Shown here: positions 13,674-26,832 of the stretch, piece after piece
Layout of the letters: every line of letters begins with the position of its first letter
How positions within the stretch are numbered: the stretch's first letter is position 1
Assembly (NCBI RefSeq): GCF_006345805.1
Contig: NC_043007.1
Location: 52,204,001-52,268,000 of the forward strand
Length of the DNA: 64,000 nucleotides
DNA from: Octopus sinensis
Lineage: Eukaryota
Direction of reading: 5' to 3'
Position numbers and translations under genes: made by a program
Notes under the pieces: model-generated
Database searches by the model: none
Told to the model about the DNA's origin: nothing
What the model saw: only the letters and a program-made list of their open reading frames with translations

Positions 13674-14736
13674 CTTAAGGGGTAAAATGAAGAATGAGGG
13701 AGAAAGATGAAAGATGAAACAATGAGGTTGTGGAATGTAATCAGAATGATGATGGTGGATGGGAAATAAAATGAAAGGATGTTAATAGTAGTTTATTCCT
13801 TCCAAGTCATATTAATGACAGTTGCTCCTTGCAAGTGGTATTTAAAAGCATCATATGTAAAGTAATATATAGTCTTTCTAAATTCTGGGTGACTTTTAAT
13901 AGCCAATGCTTACTCAGTGCTAGATGAAAGGAATTCAGTAGTTGATAGATAAAAAATCTTATTCCTGAAGAAGGCACTAGTCTATTGCATAGATAACACA
14001 GTTACAGTCTGTCTCAACAGCCACAACTGTTGAAGAATAGTGTTGAGATATCTGCAGTAATTTCAAACTGATAATCTTAGAACAGGTAATCCAATACCTT
14101 ACCCTCCTTGACCATTTTGGGTTGGATTTTAAGGAAACAGGTTCAGGGCTCACTTCAAGATTTGAGTCATGAAAGGATAATAAAAAGGAAGAAGAGTTAA
14201 TTAGATACTAAACAGGATTAAGAGAGAACACAGACACACACACACACACACAAGAAAGTAAGATAAACAACAAGTTTATAATATTAGTTCCTACATATGT
14301 TTCACCATTATGGTTGTTTGGAATCATTCATTGGGTGTTCCAAGAGCATTTGGGTGCTTAACCAAAATGGATCATCAGGGAATACTTTATTACATTAAGT
14401 TTTCTCTGTAACCCAATGACGAGTTCTAAACAGCAATAATGGCAAAATTGTCTATCTTAATTTCTCCTACATTTGCTCTCTATTTCATAACTAGTAATAC
14501 TACTCAGTATAGGAGTTACTTAACCACTATACTGAAAACAGACTGGAATATGATAATCTACAAGGAGCTCTAAACTTTTCTCACTGTATTGCGTGTTTGT
14601 TTTTTCAATGTATCTGTTATTCTATTATTGATCTCCTATATAAATGAAGATATATCCTTTAGTTTGCTGCTTATCTTTACATGGAATGAGGAGATACACA
14701 GTGGAACTGTTATTTTAACGAGTTATTTATCACCAG

Positions 14737-14830
14737 AAGAGATACATCTGCACCATTGGATGCTCCTGAACCAGTTATTAAGTATCCCACTTGTGAGGGA
14801 TCAATGCTAGATGAGTTGAAACAATTGTAG
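14737..14830 (+). CDS. Candidate terminal coding exon
   Basis: CACCAG acceptor; RDTSAPLDAPEPVIKYPTCEGSMLDELKQL*; AATAAA at 14836-14841. No homologue recognised. Confidence 0.22.
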
Positions 14831-14876
14831 TGATGAATAAAAATTCTTGTATCTTCTCTTTCATTTACTATATATA

Positions 14877-15778
14877 TGATGGGGTACCCAAAAGAAACCA
14901 GAATTTTGCAATATTATTTTATTCACTTGGTTTTACATGTTTACACTTTTATTGCCTTCAAAGCATTCTCCATTTGAAACAATACATCGGTCCAGAAACA
15001 GTTTCCATTATTCAAAGCTGTGCTGGAACTCTTGCAAAATGATGCTTTTTAACGCCTCTGTTGTTTTTTCTTCATCTCTTCCACATCTTCAAATTCCATA
15101 GTAACAGCTTTTCTCACCAGTGATGACCTTTGAAAAAAGGTTCAGATCAATTTCCAACTGTTCTTTCAGTTCACGACACACATTCAGTCATGACTTTTGA
15201 CCTCCTGTGAGCAAGCGAGGCACAAATTTTGCTGCAACTATTCTCATTCGCAATTCCTTGCTCAAAATTCGTTGGCAGGAGCTCCAGGACACACCAGTCA
15301 TATCAAAAAGTTTGTCAATTATTCAGAAGTGGTCCTCCAAGATCAGTTCATGAATTTTCATGATATTTCAATTCGTTCGGGAGGTCAACAGATGCCCTGA
15401 ACAAAGTTGGTTTTCAAACGACAAGTGACCATTCCTAAAGCATGAAAACCACTTGTAAACTTGTGTTTTGCTTTTGGCAGCATCCTTGTAAGCTGTTTGC
15501 AGCATGACAACTGTTTTGGTTGCGGTTTTCCCCAGCAAAAAACAGAATTTCATGGAAGCATGCTTTTCCTTTGTTTCAGCCATCACAAAAATTGATGAAC
15601 AAGGGAGAAGTACTATAAAACAAAGACACATTATGTGGCAGTACAACTGCAACTGATGCAGCTGGTCGGCAGATTGATGTCAGAGGGTTGCATCAAGCGG
15701 CTTTTAGCAATGAAAGCCTGAACTACAATGGGCTTGTCCCACAGAGAACGTTTCCAGTTACTTTTGGGTACCTCCTCG
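14877..15778 (-). mobile_element. Internally deleted mariner element
   Basis: TIRs (T)GATGGGGTACCCAAAAG / CTTTTGGGTACCTCCTCG with TA flanks; transposase N-terminus from ATG at 15583 (MAETKEKHASMKFCFLLGKTAT...VYKWF...) and C-terminus (W..F.DRCIVSNGECFEG); central catalytic region missing. Confidence 0.9.
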
Positions 15779-16529
15779 TATATACACATACATGTGTCTA
15801 TATTCCATTTGCCAGCATGGGTTCCTCTTAAAGAGTTGTTAAATATATTAGAAACAGTAGCTAAATATCCCTTTCATCTTAAAAAAAAGACACATTGGAC
15901 AATGTAATCCAAATACAAATGTCTGAAATAAATGATGGATTGGTTAAAGCTTGAACAGTTTTGATCAAAGATCTGCTTGATCAAGGCTGGCCTGCGGTTA
16001 AATAAGACCAGCACCATAGAGTAAGGTTATAATTTCTAAACAATGTCTGGACATGTAGAACATGTGACTTGGGACTCTATAGCCTTAATGTTGAGTCATG
16101 AATAATGCAATCTTTTCAATGAAGTGTGGTAAAAATTTCTAAGGATACAAAGTGTAAATCACCCTTTATTTAAAATGTCTATGACTAATTGGTCAAAGAG
16201 GATGAGTTCCTTTTAAATAATGTCAGTTATCCTCTGACAGACTCTGTTAAAGATGGCAGTATTAAACTGGGTGATGGGCGCAGCCTATTCCTTACTGTAG
16301 AAGTGAAGAAAGAATAACTGACACATTTATACCCTGTCTTTCTGATAATATTTCATATATATTGTGTTTCTCTAAAGCATTTAATTGAGAATGATGGGAG
16401 TAGGAGAAAGACGAAATATATGAAAAGAGGAGTTGTTAATACAATTATATTTAGATTATTAATCTTTACAGATGAAACCTTATTTATAGTTGCACTACTT
16501 TTTAATTAATTTCCTGTCATTATCATCAG

Positions 16530-16706
16530 ATGTTATATTCCTGGATATGCACATAGTACCGGACATGATCCAAATAAGGAAAGTAGCATTTTTAAGCCAC
16601 TAATGCATGTACTATTTGAGACTGTGTATGTATCCATGAATAACACACCTGATGACAATATAGCAGATATTGAGAGGGTCTACTTACAAGCATTATAATG
16701 TTAGAG
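16530..16706 (+). pseudogene. Exon-like segment with strong splice sites but in-frame stops
   Basis: TTTCCTGTCATTATCATCAG acceptor and GAG|GTAAGT donor, 177 nt; reads CYIPGYAHSTGHDPNKESSIFKPLMHVLFETVYVSMNNTPDDNIADIERVYLQAL then TAA at 16696-16698; no frame is open across the whole exon. Confidence 0.35.
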
Positions 16707-19059
16707 GTAAGTCAATAAAAACACTTTGATGTCTAAATCTGTTAATAAACTTGGTATTCTAGATTTACTAGAAGGATTGGTTTTGAAAGAATAATTCTAA
16801 CTAATATTTGACTGTTTATTTAGAAACTGCTTTAAATAACATTCAAAGATGATAATAAATAACAGGTGTGAGGGAGAGATGTGTAGAGGAGGAATACATG
16901 AGACTTCGATGGAAGGATTTTGGCAAACATGGAGAAAAAGCTTTAAACAAAAACTACAAAACAAAACAAAAACAAGTGACCAGCATTCAATGAAAAGATG
17001 ATGATTATGATAAAGATACAGCTTTAATAAAACAAAAAATATTTAAATAAATGATGGGGATTATTGCAACATTGAAAAAAAGGAGGAAATATTTGGTGAA
17101 AATTTGCTGTTACTTGTCATATGAATTTTATTATTTTTGTCTTATTGAAATTGTTAATTTTTTAATTGGGTCCAAATATTGTTGTTGTTTACACCTAGAT
17201 CAGTCCTTACTGAAAACACTTTGATTCAAAAGTATTCCAGCTAGTCTATTAATATTAATTTTTTCAGCCTAATAATAGATTTTGTTCTAGACATCTTAGT
17301 TAGCATGTGATTTAAGAGAAATTTGGTTGCCATTTTAAGCAAACTGAACAACAACGAGACGTTTCCCACTTCTAATTTTACTTTTATGTTGGTTGTAAGC
17401 GCTACAGCAATGAATTTGTGAACAGATTTCAATTTCTGGCCAAACTAATTCACTTCTTTTATGTCTCTTTGACTAATTTTCACCAAAAGTCTTCAGAGTC
17501 AATGGAAGAAATTGTCCATTGACTGATTTCAAATCAGTGTGAGCTAAAAGAAATAACTCAAACTTTCCAGTGACAAAATGGTGTAACAAATGACACACAC
17601 ACACACACACACACAAAAAAAAAAGGGGGACAATGAACTGAAATTTCTTTCAGTTGAAGGAAGAATAAAAAAAGCCTAGCAGTTTTGTTTACAAGTTCCA
17701 AAGGAACGGGGAAATAACTTAATGAATTTGAGAATTAATTTCAGAGAAAATTTAATGTTTGTTAGGAATATAATACTGATCTTTGCCAGCAGAGCCAAAT
17801 TCCACTCTTATTCTTTATCAGCAAAGAACAGTCTTCTCATACCTACAGACAAATAACTTTCCTCATAAGTAATTTCTGTCAAAACAATATTCACTACCTA
17901 CCTCACTTATATAAATTTCCATGAGCATTAATTAATTAAACACTATCTCAACCATGAAAAATATCTTTAAATTTTCAAAATTTTTATTTTGTTATAAATG
18001 ATACAGAAATTTCATAGTATCCCAGGACCACAGAATTAGTAACAGACTTTTTCTGAGAAAAACATCTGAAAGTGAGAGTGATTTGTCCTCATCTGTTTAA
18101 TGTTGGACTTGGAACTGGTTCTACATAGATCTCTACAATTGTTTCAGAGGACAAACTGGAACTAACACTACAACTTTGCCAGGTCAAACCAACAACCAAA
18201 TTGTCCTCAAATCACACCCTGTTGTCCTGTAAAAGAAGACAATGTACTCCTTGGCCTTCAATCATAAGTCTGTTATATTAAAAGTTGAAGCAGTAACAAT
18301 TACTGTTTGGGGTAGTGTAGATGAGTAAAGAAACAATAATTTTAACCACTTCTTCCTCCCTCTCTTTTTAAATTTTGACCACAGAATATGTCATTTCCTT
18401 TTTGTCAAATTTAGAAGAAATGGCAGGAGAAAAAAATGTTAATGCAAATAAAATTTTAATTAATAACATGAAATTATAAACTGAAAATGTGGCAGAGGAG
18501 GATGATAATGGTAGAATGAGAATGGAATGATGTTAAATAACATGGCAGCAGGAATGGTAATGAGATTTAATTGGTAAATAACAACAATGATGATGATGAT
18601 GATAACAATGACAACAACAACAGCAGCACCACAAAAAAAAAAAAAGACAGACATGCTGATATGAACTCAGACTGACAGAATAATGGGGAAGAAGTAATAT
18701 TGCAAAGAAAACAACAAAGATGTCAATAATATTTGTTGTTACACCACAGGTATGGCAGCATTGATAGATTAACAAACATACATATATATCTTACACATAT
18801 ATTTATTCTCTCCCCCCACTCTCTCTTTCTCAAACTATATACAATGTGAGGATATTTAGTTATCAGTATATTATTTTCTTCAAACCAAAAGGCTTTCAGA
18901 TCTGCCATAGTAGGTAAAATGCTAACACAAGAATTGAAAATATATGTAGTTATTGATGCTGTAACACAATGATTTAAAAGCTGCCAACTTCCTAAATATT
19001 ACAAGATCTTTTGTACACAAAGTTTAGATAGAATTGGAAGCCTCTGGCAAGAATATTCC

Positions 19060-19830
19060 AACTATATGTTTGGACACTATATGGACACAGCAATTTATCC
19101 ATCAGGTTCAAAACATTATTAATGATAATCCTGGAAAATCAATGAAGGCTATTGCCAAAGAAACCTCAGAACTGCGGTACATGAGGGTATTAGATACAAG
19201 TCATATGTACAGAGGAGAGGCCAATTCGTGTCTACAAAGATACAAGAAAACTGTTTAATCTGTGCCCAACAGTTAACAAGATTAAAATCCCTCACAAACA
19301 TGGTATACTTTCATTCTTGCTTGATGAGAGAAACTTTGATCAAGACCAAAAGTCTAACAAGTGAAATGACAGTTATGTACAGATCCTTCTAATGTCCCCA
19401 GAGTGATACACACTAAGTTTCCATCAACAACTGTGATGGTTTTAGGAGTGATGAGTTACAAGCAACCTCACATCTTTCCATAGGGTCTTGGAATTAATGC
19501 TGCTGGATATGGTGAGTTTCTAGAGACAGTTTTTAAGACCTTGGTGGATGAAATACACAGTAGAAGGCCACACAAAGTTTTAACAAAACTTAGTATCTTC
19601 GCACAAAGCCTATATAACCCAAGAATGGCTGTTAGACAATCTTCACAATCTTGTAATACCAAAATTGTGGCATCCAAACTTGCCAGATTTATATCTTTTG
19701 GATTACTATGTTTGGAGCATTGGTGAAATATGGATTATCCAACAATCTCACAACACCATAACTTCATTGAAGGCCACCACTGCTCAGATAATGTCTGAAA
19801 TGATTAAAGTCCGTTTAGTGCAGGTATGTC
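19060..19830 (+). mobile_element. Decayed DD37D (maT)-type Tc1/mariner transposase
   Basis: Fragments FIHQVQNIINDNPGKSMKAIAK and WHPNLPDLYLLDYYVWS...HNTITSLKA...EAIIEA, with frameshifts. Confidence 0.75.
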
Positions 19831-19859
19831 AACTAACCTGGTCTGGCAGTGAAGCAATC

Positions 19860-20440
19860 ATTGAAGCTAAAAGCAGACCCGGCAAGCCAAGTGAGTCCAT
19901 AACCCATGGCCTATGCCAGGGGTGTAACCAGCCCACTTATGCATACTTTTCCTTCATTGGACACTAAACTCTGCTTGCGAAGACCTGTTGAGGCAAGTGA
20001 AATTGAAATTAAATTCGATGACTGGCATCCGTGCTAGTGGAGCGTTAAGAGCACCATCCGAGTGTGGTCGTTGCCAGAGCAGCTGACTAGTACCATTCAA
20101 GTGTGATCATTACCAGTGTTTCCCTACTGCCACGTGAAAAAGCATTCGAGTGAGGTTGTTGCCAGTGCTGCTAGACTGGCTCCTGTACAGCTGGCACGTA
20201 AAAAACACCATTTGAGCATGGCCGCTGCCAGTACCGCCTGGCTGGCCCTCGTGCTGGTGGCACATAAAAGCACCCACTACACTCTCAGAGTGGTTGGCAT
20301 TAGGAAGGGCATCCAGCTGTAGAAACTCTGCCAGATCAGATTGGAGCCTAGTGCAGCCATCTTGTTTACCAGTCCTCAGTTAAATCGTCCAACCCATGCT
20401 AGCATGGAAAGTGATCGTTAAATGATGATGATGATGATGA
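19860..20440 (+). mobile_element. Long SINE-like repeat with internal about 50-bp subrepeats and (ATG)n tail
   Basis: Repeated GCACCATTCGAGTGTG(G/A)TCGTTGCCAG-like units; the 3' end CCAACCCATGCTAGCATGGAAAG...TAAATGATGATG is shared with several other loci here. Confidence 0.65.
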
Positions 20441-23099
20441 TAATGAATGTTATAAGAGAGCTTCTGCACAAATTTATTAAAATACATTTGGTTTTTGTTA
20501 CATTAGAATGGTTTATTTCATTCCCAAATATGTCCTCAAATATCTCTGGCACCCTATATATATCTTACACATACATACATTTACTCTCTCTCATATACGT
20601 GCACGTGTGTGTGTAATATATATATATATATATATATATATACTGATTTGATAAGTGCCAACACACAAAACTCTTAGCTTGAGCTACTCTGTTGCTTCTG
20701 CTAAATACTAATAAAATAAAAATACTCATGATTTGAGTTCTATTTTTCCTGTTTGCATCACTAAACGTACACACACACACAAAGAGCTGAATGGACAATA
20801 CTATAAACTTCAAAAGTGTTGGAAATATTTAACAATCAAAAACCCTTGACCTTTTCTAGTAACAGCCTTTTACCAATCACAAATTGGCAAATGAATGAGA
20901 AAAATACACTATAAAATTATGTGTGTAAAGGGGCTGCAATTCCATTTTTAAGATAACAGTATTGACCAATGTTAACTACAAGAATTTAGTTGATATGCTC
21001 TTGAAGATCTAAAAATGTTGATATAAAAAGCAAAGGAATGAAGATAAGAGATAAATTTATAATCACAGGACATTATGCAAGGCCTAAGACACCAGAGTCT
21101 ACAACATGGTTTTTCTTACTCTATAGACGGCCTCAATCATGAATTAAACTTGTTACAGACTCCATGCCTAGAGGGCTTACTACCATTGCACAATGTGTGT
21201 GTGTGTAGAGAGAGAGATTCTCATAATACATGCTCCTACTCTAATGGTATTTCATTTGGAATTCAAGACTTAGAATTAAGAAAACTTTGTTCATACTTTT
21301 GTTAAACAATTGACCCATAAGATATTCTACATCCTTTGACACATTTCAGTATTCAAAAACCAGAGCTGGAAACTTTCAATTGTACACAGTAAAAATTCTT
21401 GTAAAATTCCTTCACCTTTTAATATAATAAATGTGAAAAGTAATTTGTGTGTGTCACACTTTGACCCCCTCTCTCACTATTCAATGACACTTCTACTATT
21501 CCTCATGCTGGGGTGAGAGTAATAGTAGGTATACAGATGGTGAGGGCAGTAGCAAAGACAGAGAGAGAAAGAGAAGGGGAGAAAGAGATACAAAGAAATT
21601 TAGGGAGAATCGATGTTTTATTAAAAGTGGTAGTGTTGATGGTGGCAGTGGGTGTAATAAGAGAGAGAGAGAAAAAGGGACTGAACTTTGAACCAGCATG
21701 CTGAACAATGATGGTAATGGGGTGATAGTAATAGTATGAGCTGTACTTGTGATGGAGGCGGAGGTGATAGTCAGGGATGACAGTGAGAGTAAGGGATGTG
21801 AAAGACAAGTGGTGGAGGGGAAGGTGCGTCAGAAGTCTGAATGGTGTATATGGCAGATGTGGTGGTGATGGTAGTGGTACAGTTGTTTATAATGCATATT
21901 TGCAATAAATTCCAAGTTGACAAATTATATCATTGTTTTAACGAAAATTGTTCATTGCTTGAAAAATATTGTTCAACTGTAATAAAATTTAATATGTACT
22001 CAATGCATGAAGTGTCATTGTTGGGCGCAAAGCCTAATGAAGAGCCTTCCACAGGAGATAGCTTAAAAGTCACCTGATAGGGTGGCTTAAGCCAGTCTAG
22101 TATAATTCCACACACATCTAGGGTACTTTATAAAAATATCAAATCACATCTAGACTGGTACTTTATTTCATCAAAGATGAAAGTTAACATCAGTGGCAGG
22201 ATTTGAACTCAGGCTGTAAAGAACCATAACTAAACATCACAAGCATTTTTGATTGATACTCTACTGATTCTTCTACCTGAATATATCAGTCTTGTTTTGT
22301 TACTTTTGTTTTACTTTGTTTTCAGTTGATGAAATACCATCATCAAAGTAGCACACAATTTTGTTTCTCTCCAAGACAAATGTCCATGTATAGCATAATT
22401 GAAATGACATCAACTACAAATGACATTGTTGTTGTTCTCTGTTATTTCCAGAAATAGTCACATGAATTTACTATTAACCACTTCTCTCTTTTGCTTTATT
22501 TATTGTTTCATAAGTTGAAGTTCTCTATTATAAAAACATTTTTCGTTTTAAATCTAGTTTTTTTTTCTTTTCTTCCAGGCAAAAATTTTACTTTCTAAGA
22601 CGTAAAATAGAAACAACAAACCTAACAAAATAGTTAATTTGAAGAACAGATTGAAATTTTAATCAAATTGAAAAGCTGTAGCGATAATTTTCAACCTAAT
22701 ATGGAAGGTTCTTTCAAGATGGTTAATTCTTCATTAAACTGCTCAGAAATACTAAAATAATAACTGATCAATTTCAAAATGAAGAATTAATTCTCAAATT
22801 GAAAAGCAAGTTGCAAAATAACAAAATGAAGTGGAGGAAATAATTGTGGATTTTCATTTCCGTTTTCTATAATAAAATTTTTTTTTTTTAATCCAGCAGC
22901 TAGAAGAAAAGGTGTACAGATTCTATGTAGAATCATCTTAGAGCTAGTTGCATAGTTTATGGGTGTGCAAGTATATATGTATTTGCATGCTTGTGTATCT
23001 ATGTATGTGTGTGTGCATGCGTATGCATATGTATGAGCATGTGTTTCCAATGTTAATATGATCTTAGATATTTTGCATATGGTAATGATAATACTTGTT

Positions 23100-23300
23100 T
23101 CAAATTTTGTTACAAGGCCAGCAATTTTAGGAGAAAGGGTTAGTCAATCACACAGGCCCCAGTGTTCAACTGATATTCATTTTATAAATCCCGAAAGGAT
23201 GAAAGCAAAGTCATCCTCAGTAGAATTTGAATTCAGAATGTAAAAAGCTGGTAGAAATGCTGCTAAGCATTTTGTCTGATGTTCTAACAATTCTGCCAGC
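23100..23300 (-). mobile_element. tRNA-derived SINE (family B)
   Basis: Reverse complement of the family-B consensus seen at 9905-10140. Confidence 0.75.
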
Positions 23301-24939
23301 TCATTGTTTTAATAATTACATTGTGCAACATGATTTTTGTCCTTGGGTAACAATTGTTATTTCCTATTTGCTTACCCCTAGGAACTATGAAAAATGGCTA
23401 TTTCCTTCAAACTTTACTTTTATTACATTTATTCAAGCCCCAAAGAATCCCTCTCAACACATGGCTATGATGCACTCCCACTACTACTGCTCTTGATCAG
23501 AGATGCACATATTGTCAGCCACTAAGAGACATGCTCAAGTGGTTAAGCTCAAGCAAATCTGTGGTATTGAGCAGAATATTTGCTATAACAATATTTCTGC
23601 TTCAGCAACCCAGCACTGAATCTGAAATGTAATGGAAAATAGGCCAGTTTCAAAAGCAAAGTTTGAAGAGAATAGTTGTCATTTCATTTGATTTTCAGAA
23701 TCTTCTCAAAAGAACGAAACTGTTTCCAAAGGGGCCAAGATTGATTAGAGAGTTGGCAAAAGAAGGTCTGGCCCAGAAAGGCAAGATATTAATAATTACT
23801 GGAAGAGTGCACAACAATAGAGTCTGTGTCTATATTGAGGCATGATTGCTGTTGTAGGCCCAAATCAGCCCTCATATTGCAGACCTTTAATCCGAAGTCA
23901 TTCAACCATAACTATACCATCTTTTTAAAGTCACAGGATAACTAGAACTACATTATCCATTGTGCCTTTCTTATTTTTAAGGCTGAAGGATGTGATTTGG
24001 GGGAGACTTGTTTGCTATGTCTAATACACAGAGGTTTTTACTTTATCTAAGTGAATGCAATAGCAGTAAGTGAATAATTAAAACTATCAGACTTTACTAT
24101 CAGTGGATGGAGTTAATTAAGTTTGATAAATTAAACTGAAACTGGATTTTGAATCATTTGTGAAATTAATTGTCAATAATGTCAATTACTATTTGACTAT
24201 TTATAGCCATGGTTTAATTTTGCTGTCAGCTATGAACTGGGTAGTAAAGGCTTGAGATGGCGTAGCTGTAGCATGTAGTGGTGAGCAACCACATGTGGCA
24301 GCAGTGGTGATAGATGGTTAGTTACCACATGGGGTGGCTGTGGTATCAGATGATGAGTTACCATATGGGTAGGCTACACTATTTGACCCAAACTCTATCA
24401 GCCTTTAAGAGTTTATTTTGTCTTCTTTTGTGCTCCAGCATAATCATGACCGATTGACCACAAGCAACTAAAGAGAAGAGAATTGATGGTTTGAAATATT
24501 ATCAGATAAGAATTTCTGATTGTTGTGATTTGTGAGCCGAGACCTTCAGAGTCAAACACAGATGATCGTGTAGTTCACTTCACGACTAAGTGGTTTGAGT
24601 TTTGATCACACCTTGAGTAAAGTTTACCACCAAACACTAGGTTTGACCCATGTCTTCAGAGTAAAACTTAGCAAAAGATACTTTGTGAAAGTTAATATGT
24701 TGTTGTTGAGTGGTTAGGATTAATATGGTCCTTGGGTGCTTTTAGTAATGTCCCCTCTGTTACAAGCATTAGGGGTCACTGGTCTGAGGATAACAACCTC
24801 ACTCATTCTCACAAGTCTCAGGGCTACTTACTGATGTCAAAAACAAACAAAAAAATTAATTAATTTACAAAAGTATTATAAACATAAATTTCACATCTTG
24901 AACTGCACTCCTACCAAAAAAAGTTTAAATAATAATAAT

Positions 24940-25370
24940 AATCATGGTTTCAAATTTTGGTACAAAGCCAGCAATTTCGCTGGAGGGGGTAAGTCAATTA
25001 CATCAACTCAAGTGCTCAACTGATACTTATTTTATTAACCCCAAGAGGATGAAAGGCAAAGTTGATCTTGGTGGAATTTGAACTCAGAACATAAAGATGG
25101 ATGATATGCCTCTAAGCATTTTGCCCGTGTGCTAATGATTCTGCCAGCTAATAATAACAGTCCTTCCTACTATTAGCACAAGGCCTGAAATTTTAGGGAG
25201 AGTGGGGGAAGAGTCAATTACATCGACTCAGTGCTTGACTGGTATTTGTTTTATTGATCCTGAAAGGATGAAAGGCAAAGTCAACCTCAGCAGGATTTTG
25301 ATGGGATTTGAATGCAAAATAAGAGCCAGAACAAATACTACAAGACATTTTGTCCAATGCTCTAGCAATC
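24940..25370 (-). mobile_element. Two tandem family-B SINEs
   Basis: Two consecutive copies of AAGGCCTGAAATTT...GGATGAAAGGCAAAGT...ATTTGAACTCAGAAC joined at (AAT)n. Confidence 0.8.
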
Positions 25371-25921
25371 TTGTGAAGAGAGAAAATGTTTTCTTTATTT
25401 GCATATCTCAAATAGACATCTTCAAGACATGATAGCAATATTGATGTAAAATTCTTAGAAGAAATCCATTCCAGCAAACAATGATGTCTAGTAAAATCCA
25501 AATTAAACTTTTCAGGAAAATTAATTTGGAAATAATTGTGACTGCAATGATGACAGCACCACCAGCAGAAATATGTACTAATCAAAGATATTTCATATAC
25601 AAAAGATATTGTTTTAAAAATAATTTTTAGAAAAAACAATTTTTATTTTTGCAAACAAAAACAAAAACTAAACAATAAATAAATAGCATATTTTGTTGCA
25701 TTTGACATGCAATCATGCAGAAATTAAAGCAAACCAAGACACATACATGCATGCATACAAATGTATACATATGCAAACCCTTGTGCATGCATATACATAC
25801 ACACACACCCACACAAATAAGTGCAAGCTTACATACACCCTGCTTCAATCTGTCCTTTAATCAACAGAGTGGATTTTTTGTTATTTACTTACATTGCCTC
25901 CCCACCCTAACATCCCCTTAA

Positions 25922-26145
25922 CCCTTTTGATACCAACCTGCCTGAAACTGACTCTGGCTCTGTAGTACAAATGTCTTGTTTTCAAATGTTCTGAATTAAA
26001 ATCTTCCACCAAACCATAATCAAAATTTATGTTCCTAATGCTAGCTTAATGATAACTAAGTTATTTTACAAAATTCTTTGTTATATTTAAAATTAACTTA
26101 ACACAGAACACAGAGTATCTCAAAAGAAATATGGTAACAAAAAAG
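25922..26145. mobile_element. piggyBac-type MITE
   Basis: TTAA at 25918-25921 and 26146-26149; degenerate TIRs CCCTTTTGATACC / GGTAACAAAAAAG. Confidence 0.6.
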
Positions 26146-26214
26146 TTAAGGAAAAAGACCGTAAAAATCCAACATGTGGGAACCTGCTTCATTAAGATTA
26201 AACAGTAACACTCT

Positions 26215-26832
26215 CCACCTCTTCTCCACTACACTAAGACAAGGAGGGGAGGTATGAATTACTCAATAGTCCACCGCTACAGCTACAACCACCATTTGTA
26301 ACTATCATACTGGAATCAATGATGAAAGGTGTGACTTGAGGGAGATTCGGTTGATCTTTCTACCAAATTGACTGACCATAGTTTGTTGTACCTCACAGTT
26401 TTCCTAATTACTCACAAGAGGCTGATACCAGCAGTGGCAAACCATTACAATGGTACAATCTTCATTAGGAATCACGTTCCTCTTGGGTGGAACTACATCA
26501 TCACCAAATTTCTTCAGATTTTGAACAATAAGCTGTTTTCAATGGTTGTTTTCTGTTGCATTGGTTTTTCTACATATTACATCAAAAGCGATTGTTTCTA
26601 TCATTGTTGACAGAAACATTATTAGAGCGAAACTGAATAGAAGAAACCATAACCTAGTGCCCAGTTTGACACTGCTACTGGGTCATTGGGTGTCTTTAAT
26701 TAACTTCTGCTACCAGTTTCTGATGTCTTAAAAAGATTCTTGATAATGTTTTCTATCTCTTTCTGAGCCAACAGAAACCCAAAGGTAATTCATACTGCCC
26801 CTCCTTGTCTTAGTGTAGTGGAGAAGAGGTGG
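26215..26832. repeat. 618-bp segment bounded by 48-bp inverted repeats (unclassified)
   Basis: 26215-26262 and 26785-26832 are reverse complements with 2 mismatches; no TSD seen. Confidence 0.8.

Noticed and set aside
16648-16680. CTGATGA followed by a CAATAT/ATATTG hairpin as a hammerhead
   Set aside because: No GAAA after the stem and no stem I or stem III partner.
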